DNA of 64,000 nucleotides from Phoronis australis (lineage: Eukaryota; Animalia; Phoronida), in NCBI GenBank assembly GCA_002633005.1, contig NMRA01000621.1:136288-200287 (forward strand), written 5' to 3'. A program made the position numbers and the translations under genes. A model generated the notes under the pieces. The model made no database searches and was not told where the DNA came from. It was given only the letters and a program-made list of their open reading frames with translations. Positions 51,050 to 63,859 of the stretch are shown in pieces (the stretch's first letter is position 1; each line of letters starts with the position of its first letter).

Positions 51050-51961
51050 TCAAACAAAGTCGTTGACGATCTTGGATGTATAGGACGTGTATGTCCCAAA
51101 TGGGGTGATAGCGTCGATGGTTGTCGTGTAATTCATGCGAAACCTGTAGATGTGAGTTGGAATCTGATAATCTGTGTTAATGGTGTCCACTCGGTTCACA
51201 ATGCCGACAGTCCCAGCCTCCACAGCCAATGAAAACATATAGCGCATATCACCTGGTCCCGTGTAGTTAAACAAATTGTGCCAGTCGATGTAAAAAGTCA
51301 TTGTTATGTTATTCCGATGCAATGTGGGCTTCATTTCTGTTATCAACGGGGAACCGAAAAAGAGCGAAACTGTAGTAGAGATTGGAGTACTCTCGATTCC
51401 ACCCGTGGTCACGGCGTTCACTGAAATTGTGAAACTCCTAACGAAATGCTTGCTCTCACAACGTGGTACTGGGGAAGTGGCATTACTTGTGTTTGACATT
51501 TTGATGGACAGCGACATTATACACGTTTCACCTACCCAGTAGCTTTCATTAAAAGCAGGCAATTTCAGAATGAAACGGCTGTGTTTTGCCAGTTTAAATG
51601 TGTCGAGAAGAGCTGACCTATTATTCTTTTCTACAACTATGATGTGGTATTTTCGAATGCCGGCGTTGTCTTGAAATCCTGTGATTGTTAAGTCCAAAAT
51701 AGCAGCGCTTGACTGATAACCAGTCTCTGCATTAAAAAGTTGACGAATAAGATTTCACGCCTAAGGATGTCGAACTTGCTTCAGGCGCGTGAAGTACGAT
51801 AAGAAGAGGATCACCGAAGGTCGTGGATTCCAGGTGGGCGTGGCTGATGCAACTAAGGGTAGGGAAGATTTTGGCGCGGTGAAAAAGAGATAAGGCAGAA
51901 ACTTTACTTTCGGTGGTAGTGTCGGTAGGGGTGCAATTTAAAACGGCGTGCCACCTTGGAC
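51050..51961 (-). pseudogene. Terminal exon of an FN3-like repeat protein, copy A, with a 1-bp frameshift near 51733
   Basis: Acceptor ttctttag|GT (phase 1). The first frame stops at 51732-51734, and the coding-like sequence continues in the 51050-51697 frame (NAETGYQSS...GFQDNAGIRKY). The C-terminus is near-identical to copy B. Could be a sequencing error in a T run. Confidence 0.65.
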
Positions 51962-52339
51962 CTAAAGAAATATTAAAGTAGGACAAAGGTGTTAGGGTTT
52001 ATTTGAAAACTACGTGCTCAACTACATTGTTACGCAACATTAAATGACCTTGTTTGTACACATAAATTCACTTTTGTATAATGAAAATGGTCTCATAAAA
52101 AGGGAGTCTTGTTCATTGTCTTGTAAGCGCACGTAGAAATGAAATGGTACTGTAGTGAAACGTCGGATTTTAATGAACGTCATCAGCGATAAGATGTATT
52201 TCGTATCCATTTATTGATCTAGATTTCTTCTGTTACTTAATGATAGATTTAAATGTAAAGAAATAGACTAAAACAATATAGTGGAACAACTATATATATA
52301 TATATACCATGGGTTTCGAAAACCATGGTAATCACTTAC

Positions 52340-53647
52340 CCAAAGACCAATAACACCTTTCAAGGGCACTTTCAGCCTGCACAGTCCAGTTGGCCGTGAT
52401 GTCAACATATGGCAAATTTTTGAGGGTGAAAGACATTGTTACATTGGATATGATGGGGGCCAACCAGTCAATCTTCTTTGGTGCCGAAGTCGTGGTCGTC
52501 TGCTCAGCAGCTTCGTTGACAACGAGCAGAGAGGCGTAAACAGGAAGACCATGTTTTACAGGCAAATCGTAGTAGATTTTGGATTGCCTGCGTCCCACGT
52601 TTTCGAGGGAAGCGAGTTCAAGCCCGCCAGATGTCGTGCCAAGTCCGATCCTAGTGTAACGAATTCTGCTCTCAAAGTCAGTCAACGCCCAATGAACCAG
52701 CAAGCTTGTCAAACCAATCTGACGAATGGTAATGCATGAAGTCGGGTCAGCTGGCAACACTTTAGTAACTTTCCGCAAGCTAATTTTTATCAGCTTGATT
52801 TCTGAATTTTCAAAAAGGCTGATTTCATTTAATCCTTCTTCAATAGGAATGTCCACAAGAAATCTACAGACAAACAAATGGCCCGTTAGGTCCATGAGGA
52901 ATGCATGGTCACCAATTCTGATTTTGGAATATTGTAACTGGTTGCATGGTGGAGAGACTTCTACGAGAAGTTGATAGAGAGAAAATGAAGGTATGGAGAC
53001 CGTCTGTGACACTTTGCCGGTCAGCCTCAAATTACTTCCAGCACTAAAGGAAGCGTTTCCATCAACTCTCCACGAGTTCTTGTAGATGACGTCGCTGATT
53101 TTGGAGAAATCACCGTTTATGACCACATCCGGTCCAAGACTTGATGGCGTGTACGCAGTGGGTGGCGTTTCATCAAATGTAAATGGTGGGGAAGCAGCAA
53201 TGACATATTTCTCAGACACGTCTGCGGCTTTTACAATTATGTAATACGTTGAACCGTGCGTTAATGACGTTATAGGGTGCTTCACTTGGTTAAGAGTGCC
53301 TACGTTTACAAAACCTTTGACATCAGACCTATTTGGATTGCTTCCAATGGCCCACTGATACTCTTTAATAAATGAATGTCTGTCGCTAAAACCGATCCAA
53401 CTGATGTCCAAAGTTTCTTGTTTGGACATAAATCTGTGATTATTTTTCCATCTTCCATTGAATACAGTCCCAGGCAAGGGAGGCTCGTGGTCAATTACGA
53501 CACCATCAGACGTCATATTTGACGTCAAACCAACTCCATTGACAGCACGAACTGTGACGTAGTACTTCGTTCCTACGGGGATGTTCACCCCAGTCTTAAC
53601 AAACTTTGTCACCGTTTCCATATTTTCAAACTCAACTATTTCGTTGC
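52340..53647 (-). CDS. Penultimate exon of a large FN3-like repeat protein, copy A
   Basis: Acceptor tctcag|GC and donor TTG G|GTAAGT, open throughout. Motifs YYVTVRAVNGVGL, SDGVVID.EPP..G.V, SW.GF.D..S.I..Y.WAIG and D.ES.I....GLGT..GG are typical of invertebrate FN3-like tandem-domain giant proteins. Confidence 0.8.
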
Positions 53648-53749
53648 CTGAGAAATTAAATGCAAAGAAATGTTAATTTTAACAAGCAGCTTTATGTCCA
53701 TTGACCAATTCTTTTTATGAACATTTTCCCGTATTTCCGCGCCTTTGAG

Positions 53750-54950
53750 CCCATGGGCCTGTATCCGAAAGAATGCCTGTTTTCGTGATCTTTTTATCCA
53801 AGTGGTTCGCATACTGGGGCAAGCGTCTAAGTTTCACATTAAAGCGTATTTTTTCGCAGACGACTTTAGGCCTGGTGGCGCGGAAATACGGTAGTAGGAT
53901 CTCGAAAACATAGGAAAAGTTCAAATGGGAACCGACAGAGCCTTGTACTGTCTTAGTAAGAATCCTTTGGACATCAAGTGTCGCATTTGAAATACGCTGT
54001 AGCACGCTGCGTCAACCCACACTCCGTTTCATCGAAATGAGACGTCGCGAACTACGTGTAGTGTTACAGATCCTGTTGACCCATTATCAAGAACATCACG
54101 AAATGGCAAGTGGAGCCGAATCCGAAAACGATTGGGAGGCCAACGCAACACGCAAAGAACAAGCAGCATCTTGTGCATCTTGGGTTTGCCGATGAGGCCC
54201 ATGGTTGCGTTTAAAGCAGCGTCAGTCCACGAACATGTGCGAAGTCTTTGGTAGGTCTGGGGCGGAGTCAGTAGGCAGCTATTGCAGGGACGGTTTTCAA
54301 GCATCTGTTGAGCGCATTCTCCACTTGACTGTGTAAAAGATGGAAGGACCTTTGAAGAACCTTGTCTACAGTAACTTCTTGTAGTGCTAGAAACACCGAC
54401 AAAGTATCCTAATGCTGTGACTGAAGTCAACGTTGTATGTCCAATAATGACGCGAAGATCCATGTTTTGGAGTCTCCCAAGCTAGTGGATACTTGAGCTG
54501 TGAAGGTGAGCCTGCCCACGAGTTGTACACCTATATGTAAGTGACACGTCTGATCAGACGTTACAATCCTCTTCCGATCACAGGTGGGACAAAGGAGATC
54601 ATCGACACTGACGCGATTGTGCAGAGTACAGAAGAGAGCTTCACACTTGTCTCCATTGCAGCTCACTCTACATAACAATTAGCACAATACACGTAGATTT
54701 CCATCAGTGTAGACTGCGCTTTGTGACGAATATCGTGATCCTCTATTTGTTGTCCGGTTTTAAAGACATACTGCTAACCACCATTCACACGATTGTGTAA
54801 AAGTCGTTTCATAAGCTTTGCTGCATGCGCTCACAATGAGAGCACAAACATGCAATTTCTAGAGTGCAGTCAAAAATACGAGCGGACAGCATGAAATTTG
54901 AAGTTTACCAACCCTGTAAGTGCAGCTCCGCCTCGTAATTTTTCGTCAAA
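53750..54950. mobile_element. Possible degenerate PIF/Harbinger relic (Myb/SANT-like remnant)
   Basis: GC-elevated insert starting GGGCCTGTATCC. The plus strand reads across frameshifts as Q*AAIAGTV...SPLDC-KRWKDL*RT (54265-54365). The minus strand has CALIVSACSK near 54815-54846. Weak. Confidence 0.3.
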
Positions 54951-57886
54951 CGATTGCCGTGGGTTTTGATGTGCCCTCGAACGAAGGCCTATGGGTTCCA
55001 ATAACAGCTCCCTTAAAACTCCTCGTCGTCATTTTCGGAACGACGCCCAGCTAAAAGCAGTGCTGTAGTGGGACTTAGGTGACCTTAGGCGCAACCAACT
55101 ACCTTTTGGCATTTGAACGTCGCGCCAACTATCTTTTTACACTATGCAATAAGACTCGTCCTTGCAGTACAGCTGAGATGTGAACGAGGACTCAGCGAAA
55201 GGAATCGGATAGTAAACAGACGATCGAAGGGCCCCGAGAGGACACATCCCACTGAGGGGCGACTAAAAACGCCGCCAGGATATCGTTTCTGGGCGTTACG
55301 CAATTATTTTCATTTATAATTGTGTTTGGGCCCCCTTGAGGGACCGCTTGGAATTCACGCGGACCTTTGCTTTCCTACATGTGTGGTTGGACCCCTTTCT
55401 GCGACATCCTAGATTAACCACTGCAGACTTGAAACTTATACACACTCTTGAGTCAAAAATAGGCCTACATATGTTTGTGAGGTTTTGCGAATTCAATGCA
55501 CTTTAAAAATTCAGTGCTCAAGATGATATGGCGGGCTTTGGGCACCTAATCACTTCTAATTTTACCACTACAGCACTGGCAAAAAGGGCTTCGTGAGACA
55601 AGTTTGCGAAGCACCTACATATCTTAACTCAGTAACTCACCTTTACAGTTCAACATATTATGTAACTTTTGTAATTACCGATATCTGTAGTAGTTTAGTT
55701 TGTCATAATATATATATGACCTTTTATCTCATCTACACGTGTTGTTTCACTGTAAACTGGCTTCGGTATCGCTTCGCAGTTAGCGCTTATAAAATTCATT
55801 TTTTTCTGAAAGTAGAAAACATGTAGCATTTGTCTTTGACTTCCTACGAATATGCGACAACTTGAGTCACGTAATCAGCAGAGTTTGTAATATTTCTCCT
55901 CAGAAATTGATTTCACTTATTGCTTATTCTTTGATTATATTTGAGCGACTTTGACAAACAAATCTGCACTTGACACGCGAGACCCCAACGTTCGGACCTG
56001 AAGAATCCGACTAAAGAATGCGAGGGACACCATAGTCAAAAAGGAAATGAAAGTCCCGGAAGTTGGTGTTTTCAGCTACATGTTTGTACTGGAGTGCAGC
56101 CATCGACATTTCAATAGGACGCTTTTGATTTTGAAAATCGAGATGGAAAACCCTTCAGAGTCTTCCTGGAGCCTGTCTATTTCTGGATATGGTTTTAAAC
56201 CAGACCAGAGGTTCACTAATAATGATAAGCAGCAATCTGGTATTTTGGAACCTGGGTTGAGTTCCTTAGAAGCAAAACACTAGGAAGAAAAACTAATGTG
56301 ATCACATGCTTCAAATCTAAATGTACATCTCCGGAAGCGTGAAAGATTTTACTGTTCGAGTTTGTTATCTCTACACCATTCCGAGGATAAATTATTTTCA
56401 TAGGTTTCCGCAGTGTCCAAGACTGCGTATTTTTTAGGAAAAGACTATCAGTTCTATATACACAATCCTTTATAATTGTCTTGGTGGAAGATCGAATGTT
56501 TGAGCAAGCTCAATTTCCCTTTCCAGACTACATGTACAATTATCTGCTACGGGTCATTCGGTGCTCATTGTGTTATAGTTGTTCCCCTTAAATTAGTTTG
56601 GACCGGTATGTTCCACACATGTATACATGTACATCGAATATATAATGTAGATATAAGTATTTCGGCAGCATTCTATTAGTGAGCAGTTCCGGAGTTTGTG
56701 GCTGGCCTTACCCAGGTTGTTTTTGTCACTGTCATGCCTGGTCACTAACATGCGGTGAATCATATGGAATCGATTATTGTTGTACCTCAAATGTTTGAGT
56801 TGGTTCAGCTTTGGTATCCTGCTTTGGAATTCTGTCAAACCCTTTCTTGGAGGCTATTTTTGTCACGGGTCATTAGGTGGTCCGTGCAGAATGTTTTGTT
56901 TGTCACAGCCAATAATAGAGACAAGTTGACAAGTGACATGCACTGAACCACATGGAACTACTTTTCGTCGTTAAGAGAATATTTTAGGTAACTAAATTGT
57001 TGTGTATTATGTTATTTTTGTAATTTTTGGCGGGTCGTTTACCGAGTGCAACTTTCTGTCAATGGTCATGGGATGTTCATTGTGGTAGGTTTGCTCATTT
57101 ACAATCAGTTTCAGTCGGTTTATTGATTATCTAACCAGCTCACATTTTCAGCAACATCCATTGGGTAATCTCTGGCTTTCTAGCTGCCCCAACTCAGTGG
57201 CTGTTTTATCTTGACCGATTAGTGATCGGTGGCATGAAATAAGTCTTGTGGAACCTTTTGAGATTCTAGCAGGCGCTTTGCAGACTGCACGTCTTCTGTC
57301 ATGGCTGATGAGATGCACAGTGTGAGACGATTGTTCATTTTAGATCACTTTGGAGTGTTTCTCGAATATCTCATCCAGAAGGTTAACAAATGAAACACTC
57401 TTTTAAGACCATTTTCAGCGGATATTTACTCTGGTATGAAATTTTATTCTACATTTCATCCTCATGCTTTTCGTAATCCAGCGAAAGGGACTCCAAGTTG
57501 TGTTTTTAAAACAGTCAACCTCCATGATTGCTTCAATCAAAGTCACTTTGTGGCTAGTGGTTTCTTATACTCGCAATCTCTCTCCTTTGGACAAAATTCC
57601 ATAAATTATTTACAATCGACATACAAGTACTGAGGTCAACGAAAAAATGTAAAGATTACTTGTGACGCTAAAAAATTATCAATTTGGGCCAACTTTTTAA
57701 CACTGTAGCCCAGAAATGGCCGACTCTATTCAAATGAAACTTTCGCATAGTGTGTTTTATACAATGCTTTCTAAAATGTTTAAAAATGTTCCATTTTTGT
57801 ACTAGAGGCAATCCAAAAATAAGACTTATGTGATGTTTATTAAATCAATTAGCTACACACGGAGCAAAAACGAAACGATAATTTAA

Positions 57887-59703
57887 AACAAGAGTAACGA
57901 TGAGCGTACAAATGCGCCCACGAATGCATTGCGAATGGTGTGCTTTTAGGGTTATTTATTTGTATCATAAAAACGGCCACTAGATGGCGCAAAAACATAC
58001 AATCCATCTAAAAACAAGAACATGCCATATTTCATAAAAATCTGTCAAGGAACTTCAGAGAAACAAAGGAAAACAGAATAAAATGAAATTGCCAATAGTG
58101 GGCACAGTGTCCGTTGGATCTGCCTGAAAGTCATCGTCTGTTGTTATCTTCATATAAATACACTTACTAAATTTAGTAAAGATCCTATAGTGGGTTTAGG
58201 AGATACAACTATGGGCGGAAAACAAAACTACCACTAGTAGGTGCCACAGTAGTCAGTACACCATCATCAAAGGTCGTCTTCACACTGAGAACATATATGT
58301 CAATTTTCAAATGATTTGGTTGATACAGGGGTGGACGCCAAAAACAAGATTTGAAAACAGCAAAAATGGCCACTAGGTGGTGCAAAATACCTCAATTCCA
58401 TCCAAAAACAGAAAGATAGCGTCATCACACCAATAGATGCCTATATTTAAAATTTTATGAAAATCTGTTGAGGACCTTTGAAGAAAACAGTAAAAATGGC
58501 CACTAGGTGGCGAAAACTACGTCTAAGCATCCGAAAACAGGAGGATAGCGTAACTCACTAATAGGTGCCTACATATTAAATTTCATGAAAATCCGTTAAG
58601 GACTTTTGAAGATACAAAGGAAAAAGTAAAAATCTAAAAATTGCCACTTGGGGGGCACAGCAGCAGTCAGATCTGTTCGAAAGTCGTCGTCATCCGTAGT
58701 CAACATCACATGAATACACTTCCTAAATTAAGTAAAGATCCAGCGAACGGTTTAGGAGATACAGCCATAGGCGCAAAAAATGCCACGAGGAGGCGCCACG
58801 GAAGTCGAAATCGTCGAAAAATCATCGTCAACCGTCCTCTTTATAGTAAGCACATACATGCCAATTTTCAAAATCATCCTCTGAGCGTTTTGGTTGATAG
58901 AGGGGTGGACGCAAAAAAGAATCGAAAACAGTAAAAATGGCCACTAGGTGGCGCAAACTACGTCGAATCCATCCGAAATTTTGAGGATAGCGTAACTCAC
59001 TAATAGGTGCCTACATATTAAATTTCATGAAAATCCGTTAAGGACTTTTGAAGATACAAAGGAAAACGTAAAAAAATAAAATTGCCACTAGGGGGCACAC
59101 CTGTAGTCGGATCCATCCAAAAGTCGTCGTCGTCCGTTGTAAACATCAAATTTCGTAAAGATCCTGCGAACGGTTTAGGAGATACAGCCATAGGCGCAAA
59201 AAAACTGCCACTAGGAGGCGCCACAGTAGTCAGAATTGTCGGAAAATCATCGTCAACTGTCCTCTTTATACAGTAGTAAGCACATACATGTACATACCAA
59301 TTTTCACAATCATCCTTTGAACGGTTTGGTTGATAGAGAGGTGGACGCGAACAACAGTAAAAATGACCACTAGGTGGCGCAAATTACGTCAAATCCATCC
59401 AAAAACAAGGGGATAGCGTCATATCACTAAAAGGTGCCTACATACCAAATTTCATGAAAATCCGTTGAGGATTTTTGAAGATACAAAGGTAAGCGTAAAA
59501 AATTAAAATTGCAACTAGGGGGCACACCGGTAGTCGGATCTAATCGAAAGATCGCTCATGTCGTTCCATCTGTTAAAGGAATACATGTGCAAACTTTCAA
59601 GAACATACCTCAATCGGTTTTGGAGATAGAGCAGCGGACGCCGGACGTACGGACGCAGATGACGGCATAATGCGTCCACATATAAATATGTGGGCGCATA
59701 AAA
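57887..59703 (+). mobile_element. Non-autonomous Helentron-associated (HINE/DINE-1/pearl-like) element with internal tandem array
   Basis: Starts AACAAGAG with subterminal ATGCGCCCAC (57912-57921). Twelve internal units of about 115-160 bp. GGAC/ACGG short repeats near 59635-59656. 3' hairpin ATGCGTCCACATA-taaa-TATGTGGGCGCAT then an A-run. Confidence 0.82.
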
Positions 59704-60914
59704 ACTGCAAGCTTGTTTTTTATATTTTCCGTTGAAAATTTATATTGTACACAATTTGGTCGTGTTGTTGATTCTGTTCTTTTGCTAAAATTTCCTAAGA
59801 ACAGCCACGTGACCGAATGATTGGCAGATTAATAATAAATCAAAATCAAATTCTTCCGCTTTCATACATATACTTAAGCCAAGTTAAATTCTTTAGTTCT
59901 ATAGATATTTGTGCAGACCAAATAAGTTCTTACATGAGGTAACGTCCACATACGGTATAAAACTTCATTCTTTTGTTGGTTTAGCGGTCAAATGCAAGCA
60001 TACATGCACAAAGACTTTATACTGTATACGTCAATTGAAAGAAGCAGCTCACAAACAATATTCCCAAATATTTAAACTGTCTATTGCTGCTCAAACGTTA
60101 ATGCAATAGAGAAAGAGGCGTCTACAACTCGATATACTTTATTACGTTCGTCGTTTATCGTTGATACATCGTATTGTATCGGTGTTCATATTGGTTATCT
60201 GAGGAACTACAAACTCAGGAAAAACATGGCGGAATAAACCCCTAAAGTTCCAAGACGGAACAACTTGTATAGACAACTGTAGCACTCATAAAAAACTAGT
60301 TCACAAAATAGAAATATGCATACCACAAGAAATACGTAAACATAGTAATTGATTACCAAAAGCAAAATGGTTGCAACGTAACAGCATGTCTAGGTCTGCA
60401 TAATAATAGTCCAGTCTGCAGCTGACAAAACGCAAACTACAAATGCAAAGCTATCCAAAAATCGGTATCTAACGTTGAACGATAACCAAATGTATACTTG
60501 CAGCGTTTGCCTCAAAAACAGTCTGGTAATCAACAAACGATACATTTAACATATGACAATCCAGGAGAGAATAAGGCTTGTTCGGACGTTTAAATACTCC
60601 GCGAAAACCTAGAAAGATGATTGGCCCAGACAGTATCTCAACTTACACAACCAATAGAAATAATACCACCGAAAGGGGGGTTGCTAAAATCATGACTTAA
60701 CCCCGAGACAACGCCCTAAAAATATAATTGAGGCACTAGGAATTTGAGAACGCCATCTCTAGGAAAATTGGGAAACTATATATACATGTATGCACTGCCT
60801 GCATTAATACTGTCTATATGAGTATTCAAATAAAAGTCAAACCACCAGTGTATAGTACTAAAAAGCATTTAAAAACGCCTTACATCGTTCCATAGATCAT
60901 CAATGGCGAGTACA

Positions 60915-61081
60915 TATAGATTATTACATGGCGAAGTCGTTATCCCCCGTTATCTAGAGCCCGAGTGGATTTTGGAGAATTATCGCCCAAGGGGCATTAT
61001 CCCCGAGAGTGATAATTCTGAAAAATCTGCGAGGGCTCTAGATAAGGGGGATAACGACTGGGACCATGTAATAATCTATTT
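60915..61081. mobile_element. About 165-bp long palindromic (foldback/MITE-like) element
   Basis: atagattattacatgg..agtcgttatccccc.ttatctagagccc ... gggctctagataagggggataacgact..ccatgtaataatctat. Confidence 0.8.
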
Positions 61082-61413
61082 ATACCACATACTGAACGAG
61101 AAACATTGCAATGAATCGATTTACCTTTCTCGACTCTCCGCGGCTTTGTAACTACGTTCTATGTCAGAGGCCGGGATCGGAGGTCGTGACCTTTTAAGAA
61201 AAGCCGAGCTATTTTTGTCAAATAATGCTTTCACTCTAAACCAATTGAAAAAAAAAAACAAAATCTGCGTAACATGGAATATTTCACTAAGTCAGTCGGC
61301 AAACTTATATACACGCTCACTAATGGTCTCTTTCCAATAGAACGCCCTTTCCTCTATGCTCCTAAATCATTTTATTACCTCTTTAATTCCTTCGTAGTTC
61401 TCAAATGGTTAAG

Positions 61414-62528
61414 TCAAACAAAGTGGTTGACGATCTTCGAAGTAAAGGACGTGTATGTCCCAAATGGAGTGATAGCGTCGATGGTTGTCGTGTAATTCAA
61501 GCGAAACCTGTAGATGTGAGTTGGAATCTGATAATTTGTGTTAATGATGTCCACTCTGTTCACAATGCCGACAGTCCCGACCTCCGCACCCAATGAAAAC
61601 ACATAGCGCAGATCACCTGGTCCCGTATAGTTAAACAAATTGTGCCAGTCGATGTAAAACGTCATTGTTATGTTATTCCGATGCAATGTGGGTTTCATAC
61701 CTGTTATCAATGGAGACCCGAAAAAGACCGAAACTGTAGTAGAGATTGGAGTACTCTCTACCCCACCCATGTTTACGGCATTCACTGAAACTTTGTAACT
61801 CCTAAAGAAATGCTCCTTCTCACATCGTTGNGGAGAAACTTCTACGAGAAGATGATAGAGAGAAAATGAAGGAATGGAGACAGTCTGTGACACTTTGCCG
61901 GTCAGCCTCAAATTATTTCCAGCACTAAAGGAAGTGTTTCCAACAACGGTCCAAGAGTTTCTGTATATGACCTCGCTGATGTTGGAGAAATCACCGTTTG
62001 TGACCAGATCCGGTCCTAGAGTTGATGGCGTGTATGCTATGGGTGGCGTGCCATCAAAGGTAAACGCTGGTGAAGCAGCAATGACATGTTTCTCAGACGC
62101 ATCGATCGCTTTCACAATTATGAAATACGTTGAACCGTGAGTTAATGACGTTACTGGGTGCTTCACGTGGTTAAGAGTGCCTACGTTTACAAAACCTTTG
62201 ACATCGGACCGATTTGGACTGCTGCCAATGCCCCAGTGATACTCTTTAATAAATGAATGTCTGTCGCTAAAGCCGATCCAACTGATGTCCAAGGTTTCTT
62301 GTTTGGACATAAATCGGTGATTATGTTTCCACCTTCCATTGAATACAGTACCAGGCAAGGGTGGCTCGTTGTCAATTACGACACCATCAGAGGTCTTGTT
62401 TGACGCCAAACCCACCCCATTGACAGCACGAACTGTGACATAATATTTTGATCCGATGGGGATGTTCAGCCCGGTCTTAATAAACTTTGTCGCCATCCCC
62501 ACATTTTCAAACTCTAAAATTTCGTTGC
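61414..62528 (-). CDS. Last two exons of the FN3-like repeat protein, copy B, collapsed across a single N at 61831
   Basis: Acceptor ttttccag|GC. Clearly paralogous to copy A. At the N the alignment jumps from LLVEVS to RCEKEHF, skipping about 1.5 kb present in copy A. Confidence 0.8.
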
Positions 62529-63859
62529 CTGGAAAAGGAAACATCAAGAATTGATACTTTAACAATGATTTTTGATGTCCTACTTTTTCCTCGCAAAAAT
62601 ACAAATCGTTCATTAATCATGGTAGCTTCACATTCTTTTATGTAGTCTTCTTAGTGTTCGTAATGTCAGCAAAGACAGCTCGAGAAGGGGAGAAAACTTG
62701 TTATCTCACGAGAGTTACGAGAAGTTGCGATTCAGTCAAGCGACCTAAATATGGCATGTTGTGGCACATTTTGCGTTCTAATTGGAAATGATACGGACAG
62801 TTGTAAATTCTTTGCTGAAATAAAGAGTTCCATTACAGGAAGTAGCAGCATATGTCAATAAAAACAACGAAGCATTTAAATCGGCCATTTCACCAAAACA
62901 TGACAAGCCGGTTTAAATCCGTCGTTGCTTTTATTGAAATAAAGAGTTATGTTACTTTAACGCATTTGTTCAGTTACTAAATCTTGTCACCAACAGCCAT
63001 ATTTATGTTCTGACTGACCTTTAAAAACCACGACTGGTAAACCGTCAGAGAACCTAAATATCAAACACTGTGTTTCTGGATACGCCAGGGACTGGGGAAA
63101 ACTTACTAACCGTGTTATGGAGGCTGAAACCTTGTCGCCAAATTGCAGCTCATGTGTTTTGAGATATTTACTGCTAGACCACAACACTGTTCGCAACGAA
63201 ATTATCCATAAAATGTAATCTGAAGACAACACAAGTTGGTTCGATTAATCAGTTCAGACGACTAAATCACGTCAAATCACAGAGCCATATCTCTTTGGCT
63301 TCTTGATGTGACATCCACGTGCACGACCGGGTCTCGAATTGCGTTTGAAAACAAATGAAAAAATGAAACTGTGGAGGATTCCCAGTTCATTGAGATGATT
63401 TCATTGTAGAGAAAGACTTCGTTTTCAGCTTTTCTAACCAACTTATTGGATCGTCAATTTTAGGCCGACTCGGGGGTCTAAATTGCACCCTATCTTGATG
63501 AAATAGAAACAAGGCAACGCTATAAAAAGAAAACAAAGCAAAAAATAACCGAGACAGTGTCAGAAATTGAATGCATAAACGCGGAACAAAAATTGATGTC
63601 ATTTATTTCTCAGATTATGCGTCAAGTAAAAAATATAAAGAGGTCCGTTACATAGGTCCGTCCGATATTTAGGTACAATACATGTATGTGTATTTGTTTA
63701 ACTAAGCTCTCCTAGTGCAAACAAAATCAGCAGCGTGAATTACACTTTTGTTGTGAGATGTGTGTGTATAAACACGTATTAGTAAAGTGAAGTTAACCAG
63801 AATAGGTCAACAACCGCGTGGTTCATCACCTCGAGTTGTGTAGAAAAAAGTACACCCAC

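Noticed and set aside
56640-57420. Coding-like, stop-riddled minus-strand stretch as the missing upstream exon of copy A
   Set aside because: No similarity to the 63860-64000 exon or to FN3-repeat motifs. Probably decayed TE sequence.
62987-63232. 81-aa ORF as an extra FN3-gene exon
   Set aside because: No repeat signature, and the flanking exons already join seamlessly (ATMEG-NEI).
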